From Octopus sinensis (Eukaryota), in the NCBI RefSeq assembly GCF_006345805.1, contig NC_042999.1, forward strand, positions 135,408,001 through 135,472,000: 64,000 nucleotides of DNA, written 5' to 3'. Each line of letters starts with the position of its first letter. The first letter of the stretch is position 1. Below, piece after piece: positions 23,776 to 36,748 of this stretch. A model generated the notes under the pieces. It was not told the origin of the DNA and searched no databases. It worked only from the letters and a program-made list of their open reading frames with translations. The position numbers were made by a program, and so were the translations under genes.

Positions 23776-26068
23776 TTATTACTTTAACTTTGATCATCTA
23801 TTAATGAAGTGACTCATTAATGTTGTAAATATGACCCTATTGTCATCAAAGAAAGGAAAATTCAGATGATTTCGACTGCTCTGTTCTTCTGACTCACAAT
23901 CATCTGAGGTTAGTTGTTGAAACCGTATCAAATGAATTTATTATTATATGTTACAGTCATTGAATACAGAAAATAAGTTGCTAAGTAAAATAAAGTCTGT
24001 ATGATCACAAGATTGGTAAGTGTTTGGAAAATCAATTGTTATATCAATTAACCTACTTTGAAATGAACAGCCAGGTAGTTTCTGTGTCTACTCACAACCA
24101 TGAAATTACTTGGCTTCTTGCCAACGTATTAGGTCTGTTTACAATTTTATTTCATTCCATTCAAGTTTATTCCACTTCTAAGTTGGATGTAAGTTGAATT
24201 AATTTTAGGTTAACATCTGCATGATGTCATGTAATGATTGGCTACAATATCTACAGTGTTTTCTTTATGAATATACAGTATTGCATCAGGTAAAACTGTT
24301 TTCGTTTACACAGACTTTAGGATTAAGCCGTTGAAATTTACCTGTGTATAATTAATGATCGCTTTGATTTACTTTATTTCAACACGTGCAAATTCATAAT
24401 TGTTTCTGTCTCAACATCTCCCTCCTCTCTCTTCACAAAATGGAAGAGTGAAACTTAGCAATTGTTAAAGCAATTAACAGCTATAGATAATTAAACCACT
24501 AGAGAGACAGAACTGAACAACCTGATGAGGTTCTTGCTGTTGTCGTTTAGCTTGAAATTGACTTGATCAAAAGATCTGTAATCAAAGCATTCCAGCCATA
24601 GCCACCGCTGCCACCACCGCTGCCACCACCGCTGCCACCACCACCACCACCGCTGCCACCACCACCACCACTGCTGCCGCCGCCACCAACACCACTACTA
24701 TTATCATCATCATAACAACATCCACATTTCCCTGCTCATGTGGGTCAGACAGACTTTATTGAAGCAGACTTTCTTCACCTGGATGCCCTTCCTGTTGCCA
24801 ACCCTCAAGCAAGGTAATATTTCTCCTTGGCCAGACATGTTTTTCACGCAAGACTGGAAACGAAGAAGACTGCTTGTGGCACTCATTTACAACTATCATG
24901 CGATGTTGAGGTAACATGACAGTATCACACACACACAAGCACATACAAGCATATATACATACTACAAATTTTTTCAGTTAATGTCAATCAGATCCACTCA
25001 CAAGGCTTTGATTGGCATGGGGCAATGATGGAAGATATTTTCCCAAAGTGCCATGAAGTAGGACTGAACCAGGCAACATGTGATTAAGAAGCAAACTTCT
25101 TACTATTCCATCATGCCTGTGTCTCAGGCATGCTTGTAAACAGTTCAAACCATATATTTGTAAATAGTATCACATTGTTCTTTTGTTCCTAGTGAACACA
25201 CTCAGCTATCAGACATCTATACCAGAATTAGAGGCTTTAAAAGTTAAAATGAAGTAACACAAAGCATATTAATATAACACACACACACATGCACACACAC
25301 CAGCTACTAGACTAAACACAGTAAAATAGTAGAGAGAGGAGAAAAGAAGAAACGGAATAACATTGCAATTATATTCCCTTTACATCTTAAACAATTTACT
25401 CCAATGTACATATGTATGTATGTATGTATGTATGTATATATATACATGTATATATATACATATATATATAATACATATATATATATACATAATACATATA
25501 CATATATATAATACACATACATATATAATACATACACACACACTTCATCACTTACTACGCCACATCACTAAGATAACACATCTATTTGGCAGACAATTCG
25601 TCAAATTTCCTCAAATCATCCACCAATTATCATCGTGATGCACACATCAATGAAGAAATTAAAAACACTTTTACAAATTGCAAAAAATCACAATAGAATG
25701 AATTCCACCAAGAAAAAGATTTAAGGTTTTTCAGAATTAAGCAACACCATGGCACATGCATTCAACAAAATACTTATAAATGTACCCAGAAAGACATATT
25801 CCCATGAAGCAACTTAAAAGTCACAACTCCAATTACACACCAGCAGCTTTAGCCAACCACAAACATCACTCGCCAAGTCATACACAACAGAAATAATAAA
25901 CTTAGCATCAGGCAACTAAACTTGGAAATAAGAAGACATGTACATCATAGAAAAACAGAAAACTGGCAAACACATACATCCAACATAAACCACAAAACTA
26001 ACAGTAAAACACTATGTAGTGTAATTAGTATCACCACCAACAATTACATCATCATCATCATCGTTTAA

Positions 26069-26287
26069 CCCTTTAGTATTTAAACTGGCCATATCCGGCC
26101 AAAATAGCTAATCTGTTTTATGTTCAAACTGACCAGATCCAGGCCCTCACACCTACCCTACAATGTTATTCTACATTAAGTAATTACACCATCAAGATCT
26201 TGAAGATATGAGATAATGCACGATTAATTCAAATCAATGGGAATCAATAAGCATTATGTTTGATAGAATAATCTGAACACTAAAGGG
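26069..26287. mobile_element. piggyBac-type MITE with TTAA TSD, inserted in an RTE 3' terminus
   Basis: TTAA(26065-68)|CCCTTTAGT...ACTAAAGGG|TTAA(26288-91), splitting CATCGTTTAA/TGTCCGTTT. Confidence 0.85.
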
Positions 26288-27611
26288 TTAATGTCCGTTT
26301 CGACCGGTTCGACCGGGGTCTGAGAAGCCAGGAGGCTGTGCCAGGCTCCAGTCTGATCTGGCAGTGTTTCTACAGCTGGATGCCCTTCTTAATGCCAACC
26401 ACTCCATGAGTGTAGTGGGTGCTTTTTACATGCCACCAGCACAGCAGCCAGAGGAGGCTGGCAAATGGCCATGATCGGTTGGTGCTTTTCATGTACAATT
26501 ACACAATATTCAGTGCCACACTAACAACCTCAATATATACTCACACAGGAACAACCAAACATTACACTAAAGATCATAAATATAAGACACACAGAGAAGA
26601 CAAAAATACTAGGATTTACAACACCTCCACAATATTCACAGTATACATGGACAACATAATGTAACCAAAACAATGCATAAACATCTTTTTGAGCAATCAG
26701 AGATCCTGCATTTGGCCAATAGAAAGAAACAAGACTAGTATACAAACAATATATTAGATTGATATAATACTATGCCAGTTCTGCATGCCCTCCTTTCTCT
26801 CCATGACAACTCACAATAAAGTACAAGGAACACAAAACAGTGCAATACACATCATATCTGTTAATACACAGACCATATCCATGTATTACATCTGCAATAA
26901 AACAAACACACTAAAAATGAAAGGACACCTGGACATACAAGGGGTACAACAATAGTTACACAACAATGGTTACACCACACTTTATGTCACAATAATAACC
27001 TAAATTATGTACTCACATAGCAAGACCAAGTAAAGGTGCTTATCAATCATTTCTCAAAAGTCAGCAACCAGATACAACAAAACAACAGGATCACAAAAAT
27101 ACAAACAATCCACCTTAACCATGATTTTGACCTCTTCCTTTCATCAGACATCTCTCCAAAAAACAATAGGAAAATCTGAAAACTGAAAATAAATGCTGGT
27201 TATGACTTCAACAACAATCTTCACCTCTCACATACCCTATCACTACATAAATAAAAAAAAAACACCTCCAAACACTCAGACACATATACAAAAACCCAGA
27301 TCACTACTACAGCAACATTCTAAAAACACCATCCCTTTTACTCAGCCTGGACAGCCGTAAAGAAATTGCAACATCAATAGCGTCAGTGACCTCAAACACT
27401 GGGTTGGTATGTACACCACCAAGTGAAAAGGAGCAGCAACTGTATCACTGTCACTAATAGTGGTAGCCATAGCAAGGTAGGCCTCTTGCACACCTTGCTG
27501 TGGACACCATAAAAATCTGTGAGCATACAAAGTTAAATAACTCACTGGAGAGAGTGCAATGGATCGAGTCTGTTACTCTACATCCTATACAATTCATCAC
27601 TGCATATAGGA

Positions 27612-27900
27612 ATGTACAGTATGACCTTCAGAATAGCAGAGGTACCATATAACTCAAAAGATGTATTTTTACCTAATGATATATTGAGGAAACACATAAG
27701 ACAAGCAATTAACAATTTTAAGAGAAGATTCACTCAACATATGCACTCCTTCAGGTCCAGAGACAAAGAAAACTTTACCATTTTATTTGCAAACTTTGAG
27801 ATTAGGAGAAATTATCTAGCTAGAACATCCTGGGTTATAATTGATAAGGCTTCCTCCTTAATCGCGTTGAGTATATAACTGCTACTATTTTTCTCTGAGA
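27612..27900 (+). mobile_element. Penelope-like GIY-YIG endonuclease remnant
   Basis: NFKRRFTQHMHSFRSRDKENFTIL...SWVIIDKA resembles the PLE GIY-YIG motif FK.R...H..SFR....T.L....W.II..A. A-rich decayed sequence at 25640-27400 may be further PLE debris. Confidence 0.6.
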
Positions 27901-28849
27901 AATTGTACATACTGAAACAGTTTGTTGTTTCTGTTGATAACAAAACTGAACTTTCATACATCTGCTGTCAACAGAAAATCTTTATTAACTAGTTTTAAGT
28001 TTCATTATTTTTTTACAGAAACTTTATGGAAATTCTGCTGGAATTTGAAATGAAAGTAAGAGATAGTACTCTTATCTAATGCAACTGACTTTTCTCCTGC
28101 AGCCAATCTAATATTGAATAAAGTTTGTTCCTAATAAGTAAGTTCGATTAATGTGATTGAGTCAGCAGTGTGATTAATGCTAGGTATTGGAGTAGCTGCT
28201 GGTAAAACATTTTCTGGAAACTTGATAAGATTGTTTGTGAGTCACAGGATGATAAATATCAGAAATCTGCTCATTAATTAAAGGGAGAGGAAATAGACTA
28301 GAATAATAAAATAAGGTGAAATTAAATAGTATAAACGCATATGTGCGCACATATTCAATAAATACACGTAGACGTATATATAAATAAAATACACACACAC
28401 ATTCAAACGCAAGCATACATGTACACTGACATATACATGCACATTTGGTGGGAGTTAAATATATGTTTAATAAAAGTTTGACTAAGGTCCACATGCCTTA
28501 AAGTTTCGTAGGCGTGTATCCATCTCATCTGGTGCTAAAAGGGCATCCTAGCACCTGATTATATGGATGAGTCATAAGCGCCCACATGTGTGTTTGTGTG
28601 TGCGTGCGCGCGCGAGTGTGTGTGTATGCATAAGAATATATATGTGTATCTGCAAACATTCACATACATGCGGGTTTATATATATATATATATATATAAA
28701 ATGATATAAAGAAATATAATGAAATCGTATACACGTGTGAAGAAAAGAGGATGTAAAGATAAGGAAAAAAGTCATCGACATTATGAAGTAATTTTCTCTC
28801 ATTTGCGATTATGTATGCCCTAATACAACCTTGTTTACGCACTCATAAA

Positions 28850-31043
28850 TGCGGGGTGGTATCAAAGGGTTACAGGACTAGTTATGTTTAATACAAAAAA
28901 AAAAAAAACTTATTTACCTAAGTTTTAACATCATCTCCTTCGAAATAGTCACCTTGAGCAGCAATCCAGCGGTACCAGCGTTCCTGTCCCTTTTGGAATC
29001 CGGCCTAGAGATCGTTTTCCGTATGTGGGTCGAGGACCTCCTGCGATTCGTTTTCGATCTTGACAACGGTGACCTTTGAGCTGCATTTTCATCTTGGGGA
29101 AGAGATGGAAGTTCGCAAATGCTAAATCTGACGAATACGTCGGATTCAAAAGCGATACCATGTTGCGTTTGGCGAGAAACTCACGAGTGAGGAGAGCTCG
29201 GTGACAGGGTGCATTGCCATCGTGAAGAATCCAGGTGTTAGGGTTGCCTTCATGGACCCATACAACAGACCAACAACATCAGCAATCTCGTTGCTTGTCC
29301 TCCAACGATTCTCATACACAAGGTAATGAATTTTGTCCAGATTTCCAAGGGTGATGCTTGTGGCAGGTTTTCCAGATTGCTCATCGTCTTCCGGGGACGT
29401 TCTTCCTCTTTTGAAGCGCTTGTGTCACTCGAAACATTGTGCATGACCCATTGTCTCATTGCTGTAAGCTTGCCAAAGCATGCTCAATGTCTCTGTAGCT
29501 GACTTCCCAAGTTTAACGTAAAATTTCACGTTGGCTCTTGGTTCCAACTTCCGGCGCTTTTTCGTTTAAGCACGACACCTTAAATTATGATTTACTTTCG
29601 TTTTTACCTCAATTATGACTTAGTTTAGTTGTTTAAAAAATTATAAATTTTATTTGTTTATATTTAGTCTTAACAGTGACAGCTAAAATATATCTAATAA
29701 GAAATGAAGGCACTTTTTTCGTTTAAGCGTGACAGCTAAGATATATTTAATAAGAAATGAAAATTAAAACAAAAATACTAACAAAACATTTTATTTAAAA
29801 ATAAATTATAAACATCTTTCACACCAATCAAAAGATTCTGGAACGGATCATCTTTAAATTGATATTGCCACATGAATTCAATTAAGTAACTATTATGACA
29901 TGACCTTGCTGTTTCAATTCTTCTTTTATTCCGTCTTTTGGCACTGTTCCACATTGCCTCTACATGACTGGTTGAAGCATGTGAAATAGGATCGACGAAA
30001 TTTACTGAGTGATTGACAGTGAGGTGATTATAACCAAGGTTTGTAGTGGTGTTATAAGCCTTCTATAAATTGGATATTATTGTTGTTCCAGAACATATAT
30101 ATTGTTGAATTATTGGTAATAACATTTCAGCTGATCTGTCTTGAACTGCAAACAAAAAGCCCTTTTCTCCTTGCCCTAATTCAATACCACCGAATATCCA
30201 TTGAGTTTGCACTTGGTGACCAACATTAAACTTTCGTTGGACAAAAGCTAATTCATCTATTTCTACATACATTCCTTCTCCACCCAATTCAATAGGATTT
30301 TTCATGAAATATTCGGCATATATGCCTCGGTAATAATTTTTCCAATTCACAACAGGCTAAACCAATTCATGAATTCAAAATTTTGTACTACTCACCTAAT
30401 GACAATTTTCCTGCAAAGAAAGTGCCAGATCTAATTGACAATCTTTTTCTACACGGCCTTCTACATAGCCAAATAATACCATTGCTATTTTTTTAATCTT
30501 TCGCCTAATACATTTCTAATTCACATGAAGAGCAAATATGTTCCTTATACAAGAGCCTATGTCGTCTGCACCAACCAATTACTTTTTCATTGTCCATTAA
30601 AGTAATAATCAAATCCGAATAATTTATGTTACTCACTAATGGAAAATTCATATTGAAATTGTAAATGTTAACACTAAATATAAACAAAATGAAACAACAT
30701 CATATAAGCTAAAAACGAAAGTAAATCATATTTAAGCTGTGACACTTAAATGAAACGAAACTAAACCATATTTAAGGTAAAAACGAAAATAAATCATATT
30801 TAAGCTGTCACGCTGAAACGAAAAAGCGCCCAACTTCCAGTCCGTTACAAAAATTGCAGATTATATAGCATACACGTAATCATAAAAACACAAATTTCAC
30901 AACATGCAAAGTAAACACAGCGATATCACTCGGCACTCTGCCTCATGAAGGTCACTGATAGCTTTCACTGCGCACGGAACCGTGTGCTGCCATCTGCTAG
31001 CGTGCTACAGAACTAATCCGGGGCTTTTTGACACCACTTCGTA
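28850..31043 (-). mobile_element. Internally deleted mariner element, interrupted by Merlin
   Basis: TIRs TGCGGGGTGGTATCAAAGGG and GGGCTTTTTGACACCACTTCGTA. PTYSSDLAFANFHLFPKMKMQLKGHR is a YSPDL-type motif; EDDEQSGKP is an N-terminal motif. Confidence 0.85.
29553..30830 (-). mobile_element. Merlin (IS1595/ISXO2-like) DNA transposon with frameshifted transposase
   Basis: TIRs GGCGCTTTTTCGTTT and AAACGAAAAAGCGCC; perfect 8-bp TSD CAACTTCC at 29545-52 and 30831-38. ORF 30063-30350 has VEIDE..F..RKFNVG.....WIFGG...VQDRSAEMLLPII...GTTIIS, and an N-terminal CxxC lies near 30510. Confidence 0.9.
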
Positions 31044-31637
31044 TATGTTCGTGTGCGAGCGTGTCTATACACACTCGCTCACTTAGTTACATACATACAA
31101 GTATATACACCCACATGTACATATGTCAATAAATGAAACTCCTCTTTTTGCAAGGCGGTGAGCAGGCAGAATGGTTAGCACGCCGGGCAAAATGTTTAGT
31201 GGCATTTCGTCAATCTTTATGTTCTGAGTTCAAGTTCCGCTGAGATTGGATTTCCCTTTCATCCTTTCGGCATCGATAAAATAAGTAGCAATTGAGAAAT
31301 GGAGTCGATCTAACCTCCGAAGTTGCTAGCCTTGTGCCAAAATAGACGAAACTCTTTTAATGAAAGACTTACAGTTCGATTGCAGATATGCTACTGTCGT
31401 GGATTTGGACATATCACTATGAATGCTGGAAAATCTCCTTCATTTTTCGAGGGGAGAGAGAGTGTGGGGTGGGGGGAGAGAAATAACTAAAGTTAATACC
31501 TGTTTACTGATCTGATAGGCACAAATTAACAGACGTGACAAACCGGTAAAACTAAAATGTCACCTGTATGATGACACTACAAGCAATGATTATGCAATGC
31601 TAGTCAAGTTGTTTTTCGGTTCGTTCGTTCGTTCGTT

Positions 31638-31674
<37 letters not shown>

Positions 31675-33141
31675 GCTTGAGGTTAATCAGAATCTGTTCG
31701 CAAATCAAGGCTACATGTATGTTTAACTGCATGCAGTTGCAATTTAATTGCAACATCTACCTACCTACCTACTCACCTACCTACCTACCTATCTATTTAT
31801 CTATCTATCTATCTATCTATCTACCGATGTATGTATGTATTTTCGTTATTAGCGATGGAAGCAGTATTAGTTCAAAATAGCAATCTGTATATCCCACTTA
31901 AGTAGATATACTGTTGAATGCCTGCAAAACTTCCACCAACGATATTTACCATCTCGTGAGTTGCATAAGGTTTGCTAAATCCAGCTTCTCACAAACACAT
32001 ATAGATATACACGTCCACACACGTTTTTAAGACTGACCCTACTCCACTCTCCGGCGCACACACAAAGCCCATCCCGTTCGCACCCCAGCTCCCAACCACA
32101 CGCTACAGGCATTTACCTTATACACCGTGAAGGCACTATTTGATCTTTGCCTAAGGGACATTACTCTAATGGACAAAACAATCTCTGGGCTTTCTCAGGA
32201 GTTTTGATTTATTTATTTATCTATTATTAGTGAGAGAGCAGTGCATACCATCAAAGTGACACTGAGGTAAAATATACGAAGCCCAGTCAACCCATCGTGA
32301 CTACCCGTCTAATAAGGCATATACATCACAACTATATGTGTGCAACATGGTGATCTCATATCAAGATAAATAGCGCATGACCTTCCTGGTGGGGTCCAGT
32401 TAGAATTTTCTTCTGGTCGAGTAACCTGAAAAGGTCCCTGAATACAGGTTGTTTAAGGATGATGAATGAAACACACATGTTTCCAGAGGTGTATTACTCA
32501 AACAACCCAAAATTTCTCTCAACATATGGCTATGATGCTCCCCCACTACTTCTGCTCATGGTCAGAGATGCACATATCGTCAGCCACTAAGGGACATGCT
32601 CAAGTGGATGAAATCAAACAACTGACAAGCAAATCTGTGGTACTGAGCATAATATTTGCTGTAGCCCATCTTTTATACCGAGACAAAACATATACATGAT
32701 AACACTTCCAACCAGTTAACATCAGAAGCCAGCGTGCTGAACGAAAAGAGTAGCAGTATTTCGTCTGCCGTTACGTTCTGAGTTCAAATTCCGCCGAGGT
32801 CGACTTTGCCTTTCATCCTTTCGGGGTCGATTAAATAAGTACCAGTTACGCACTGGAGTCGATATAATAGACTTGTTTGTCATCTCTGAGTTTAGCCCCT
32901 TGTGGGTAGTAAAGAAATAGGTATTTCGCCTGTTGGTATGTTCTGAGTTCAAATTCCGCCGAGGTCGACTTTACCTTTTATCCTTTCGGAGTCGATAAAA
33001 TAAGTACTATTTAAACACTGGGGTCGATGTAATCGACTCATTCCCTCCCCCAAAACTGCTGCCCTTGTGGCAAAATTTGAAACCATTATCATCATCATCA
33101 TCGTCGTCGTCATTATTATTATTTTTTTATTTTTTATTTTT

Positions 33142-33714
33142 TAGGTTAGTTAAAATATGTCTGTGACATATTTCAACTGCTAAAAGGGAAATTCACTGCA
33201 GTTACCGCGGAGAAAATATCTCTCTTAACGTAAAAAAAAAATGTAAAGACACCCGGTTTGTTCAGTATCGCCATTTATCAGGAATCCCAGACATCGATGT
33301 TCGAGTTTTTTGACTCTTGTCAATGGGTAGTACTTAAGAGAGGCAACTCTGAACAAATTTATAAAATTAATAGCTTTATGTAAAATTCAGTTAACAGCGT
33401 TGACTGATTTGCGCGGGTAAATCACCCGATCGAGGAAAATAACGAAATGTTAGCGCCAAGAATTTTTTTAGGCATAAGCAAAAATTAGGTTAGTTAAAAT
33501 ATGTTTGTGACATATTTCAACTGCTAAAAGGCAAATTCACTGCAGTTAGCGAGGAGAAAATATTGATGTTTGGGATTCCTGATAGATGGCGACACTGAAC
33601 AAACAGGGTGTCTTTACACCTTTTTACCACAAGAGAGATATTTTCTCCACGGTAACTGCAGTGAATTTGCTTTTTAGTAGTAGTTAAAATATGTCACATA
33701 TTTTAACTAACCTA
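33142..33714. mobile_element. HHR-containing fold-back element: 344-bp unit, partial tandem plus inverted arm
   Basis: TAGGTTAGTTAAAATATG at 33142 and 33486; 33565-33714 is the reverse complement of about 33142-33296. Confidence 0.85.
33286..33327 (-). ncRNA. Hammerhead-like motif, U3-A8 core, one A missing from GAAA
   Basis: Minus strand: ccca TTGACAA gagt caaaaa actc GAA catcgatg TC tggg. Confidence 0.55.
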
Positions 33715-33751
<37 letters not shown>

Positions 33752-33862
33752 TAATAATAATGATAATAATAATAATAATGGTGATGATGATGATGATGAT
33801 GGATGATGATGGATGATGATGATGGATGATGATGGATGATGATGATGATGATGATGATCATG

Positions 33863-33939
<77 letters not shown>

Positions 33940-33950
33940 TATTATTATTA
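33715..33950. repeat. Self-complementary compound microsatellite (AAT)n(GAT)n(ATC)n(ATT)n
   Basis: Directly visible; centre near 33858. Confidence 0.9.
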
Positions 33951-33954
33951 AGGA

Positions 33955-34650
33955 GGGGTGTGCTGGCAGAAACGTTAGCACGCCAGGCGAAATGCGTAGC
34001 CGTATTTCGTCAGCCGTTACGCACTGGAGTCGATATAATCGACTTAATCCGTTTGTCTGTCCTTGTTTGTCCTCTCTGTGGGTAGTAAAGAAATACGTAT
34101 CTCGTCTGCTGCTACGTTCTTAGTTCAAATTTCGCCGAGGTCGACTTTGCCTTTTATCCTTTCGGGGTCGATTAAATAAGTACTAGTTACGCACTGGAGT
34201 CGATATTATCGACTTAATCCGTTAGTCTGTCCTTGTTTGTCCCTTCTATGTTTAGCCCCTTGTGGGCAATAAAGAAATAGGTATTTCATCTGTCTTTATG
34301 TTCTGAGTTCAAGTTCCGCCGAGGTCGACTTTGCCTTTCATCCTTTCGGGGTCGACTAAACAAGTACCAGTTATGCGCTGCGGTCGATGTAATCGAGTTA
34401 ATCCCCTCCCTCAGGCTGCCTTTGTGACAAAAACTTGAGATCATCATCATTATATGCAAGGCGGTGAGCTGACAGAATCGTTAGCGCGCAGGACGAAATG
34501 CTTAGCGATATTTCGCCCGTTGCTCGAGGTCGACTTTACCTTTCATCCTTTCGGGGTCGATAAAATAAGTACCAGTTGAACAGTGAGGTCGATGTAATCG
34601 ACTCATCCCCTTCACCCCAAATTGCTGATCTTATGGCAAAATTTGAAACC
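33955..34650 (+). mobile_element. Multimeric SINE with 184-bp internal tandem units
   Basis: GTAT(C/T)TCGTCTG unit starts at 34097 and 34281; each unit has a B-box-like AGTTCAA(A/G)TT(C/T). Confidence 0.8.
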
Positions 34651-36430
34651 ATTATTATTATTGTTGCTATTTTTTTTGCGTTCGTTTTTTTTAATGATTT
34701 TCGCAAACTGGGCGGCTGGATGTAACGCTTTCCAACTCATCTGGCAAAGTACTTTTCCCTATCAATCCTTCTGATGAGTGTCGAGATTGATCTTCTCAAA
34801 TTCGTTGAGACGGGTATATAATACTCTATTGTATCAACATATATACCCACTCTGTCGACTAATAAACGAGCGCCTGCTTATTCCAAGTCATAGATCTTAG
34901 ACGACTATATATATATTTTTAATCTTTTACTTGTTTCAGTCATTGGGCTGCAGCCATGCTGGGGCACCACCTTGAAGTATTTTAGCCGAATGAATCGACC
35001 CAAGTACTTTCTTTTTTCTTTAAAAAGCCTGGTATCGGTTAAGTAACCGTTTTATTGGTTACTTTGAACGAATCGGTATGTTACGGGGACATAAACACAC
35101 CAACACCGGTTGTCAAGTGGTGGTGGTGGTGGTGGCTAAACACACACACATACACGACGGGCTTCATTCAGTTTCCGTCTACCAAATCCAATCACGATCT
35201 TTTCTCTTTGGTTGCCAATTTTCAATCTCTTCACACATAGCTACACCTGCGCCTTTTGTGTGTGTGTATGTGTGTGTGAGAGAGAGAGAGAGAGGGAGAA
35301 GGAGAGAGAGAGAGAGAGAGTGTGTGTGTGTGTGTGTGAACAAATACATTTTCAAGAATAAACAGTATTATACATTATACGCACCTAAACACTAATTTGA
35401 GGTCGAAAAAATAAAACAAAAAAAAACCCAATCAACTTACCGATGGACATCGAAAACGTAACATTAATAGAAAAATAAAGTTTAGAATTTAGAACCTTTG
35501 AAATATGTCTCCATCGTTAGAAGAATAGAGAGAAGACGTAAAGAGTTTCCAAATCTAGATGACTTCGAGTAGCGAATAGAATAGAGAAGAATAGAATTGC
35601 AAAAGAAATCTGCACTGAAGCTGACCTGACTTTACTTCTTTGATTGAAAGAAAGTGGTAATTTTCTGATTTAAGATAAAAAAAAAAACATAATAATAAAA
35701 ATTCTACCACTCCTAACTTCTGTTTCAATTACAATTTTGAACAAAAACGATCGGTAAAATTACTCCTACGTAGTTCCCCACCACCACTACCATTACTAAA
35801 TTCTAATAAATCTCTAGAGATTTGACGCATGAACTATTGACCTTCCGGAGAAAATAGGAAAATTAGAGTTCAGGTTTTGTTTACAAATACATGAGTTATT
35901 TGTGTCGAAACGAGGTTTGAAAGGGAAATGAATTTAGTTAATTTGGTGAAGCAGAATGTAACTTAATTGCCGAAGTAGAACTATGTAAAATATTGAATTT
36001 TTCATGTCAACAGAAGAGACTTTATGCAGTTACTTAACCTGTTAGAAACAGTAACCAAATCTCCCTCAAACCACGCGTTACCTTCAGAAATAAATAAAAG
36101 TGGTGTATCAAATTCTTGTTTAAGTAGGCCATATAACCCCTCTCATAACTTTTTTAGTTTTGGGAATTTTCAGACAATTTTTGCGAATTTGTATTCTACG
36201 CACAGGAATTACTGCAATTATGAACTCAACCCTCAATTTTTGTGTGTGATTTAAGGGATATTTAGCAGTTATTTTTAGCATATCTCACGACCACCTGATA
36301 CTCTCCTCGTTTGTTTGTCACTCTGATGTATTAATGTTTTGCTATGTTTCTCCCTATAAACACATGTATGTCTATTGATGGAATTTAACCAAAAAATTCG
36401 GACTCTCCACATTTATGATTTAAAAACAAA

Positions 36431-36748
36431 AATCGACTAGACCCCCTCTCTCAAAATTTCAGGTCTTGAGTCTAAAATAGAAAGAATTATGGCAGAATTC
36501 TCATAACATTTTTACCTTTTGGAATTTTCAGAAAATTTTGGCGAATTCGTGTTCCACACACGAGAATTCATATGACTACCAAAAAAGTTATATTTTTTGG
36601 TAGTCATATGAATTCTCGTGTGTGGAACACGAATTCGCCAAAATTTTCTGAAAATTCCAAAAGGTAAAAATGTTATGAGAATTCTGCCATAATTCTTTCT
36701 ATTTTAGACTCAAGACCTGAAATTTTGGGAGAGGGGGTCTAGTCGATT
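36431..36748. repeat. Almost perfect palindrome, 156-bp arms, 6-nt loop
   Basis: 36431-36586 is the reverse complement of 36593-36748, with one mismatch seen. Confidence 0.95.

Noticed and set aside
24600-24700. GC-rich (GCCACC/ACC)n tract as a coding poly-Ala/Thr exon
   Set aside because: It grades into (ACT)/(ATC) microsatellite and has no flanking open frame or splice support.
34765-34815. CTGATGAG motif
   Set aside because: No downstream GAAA or helix III.
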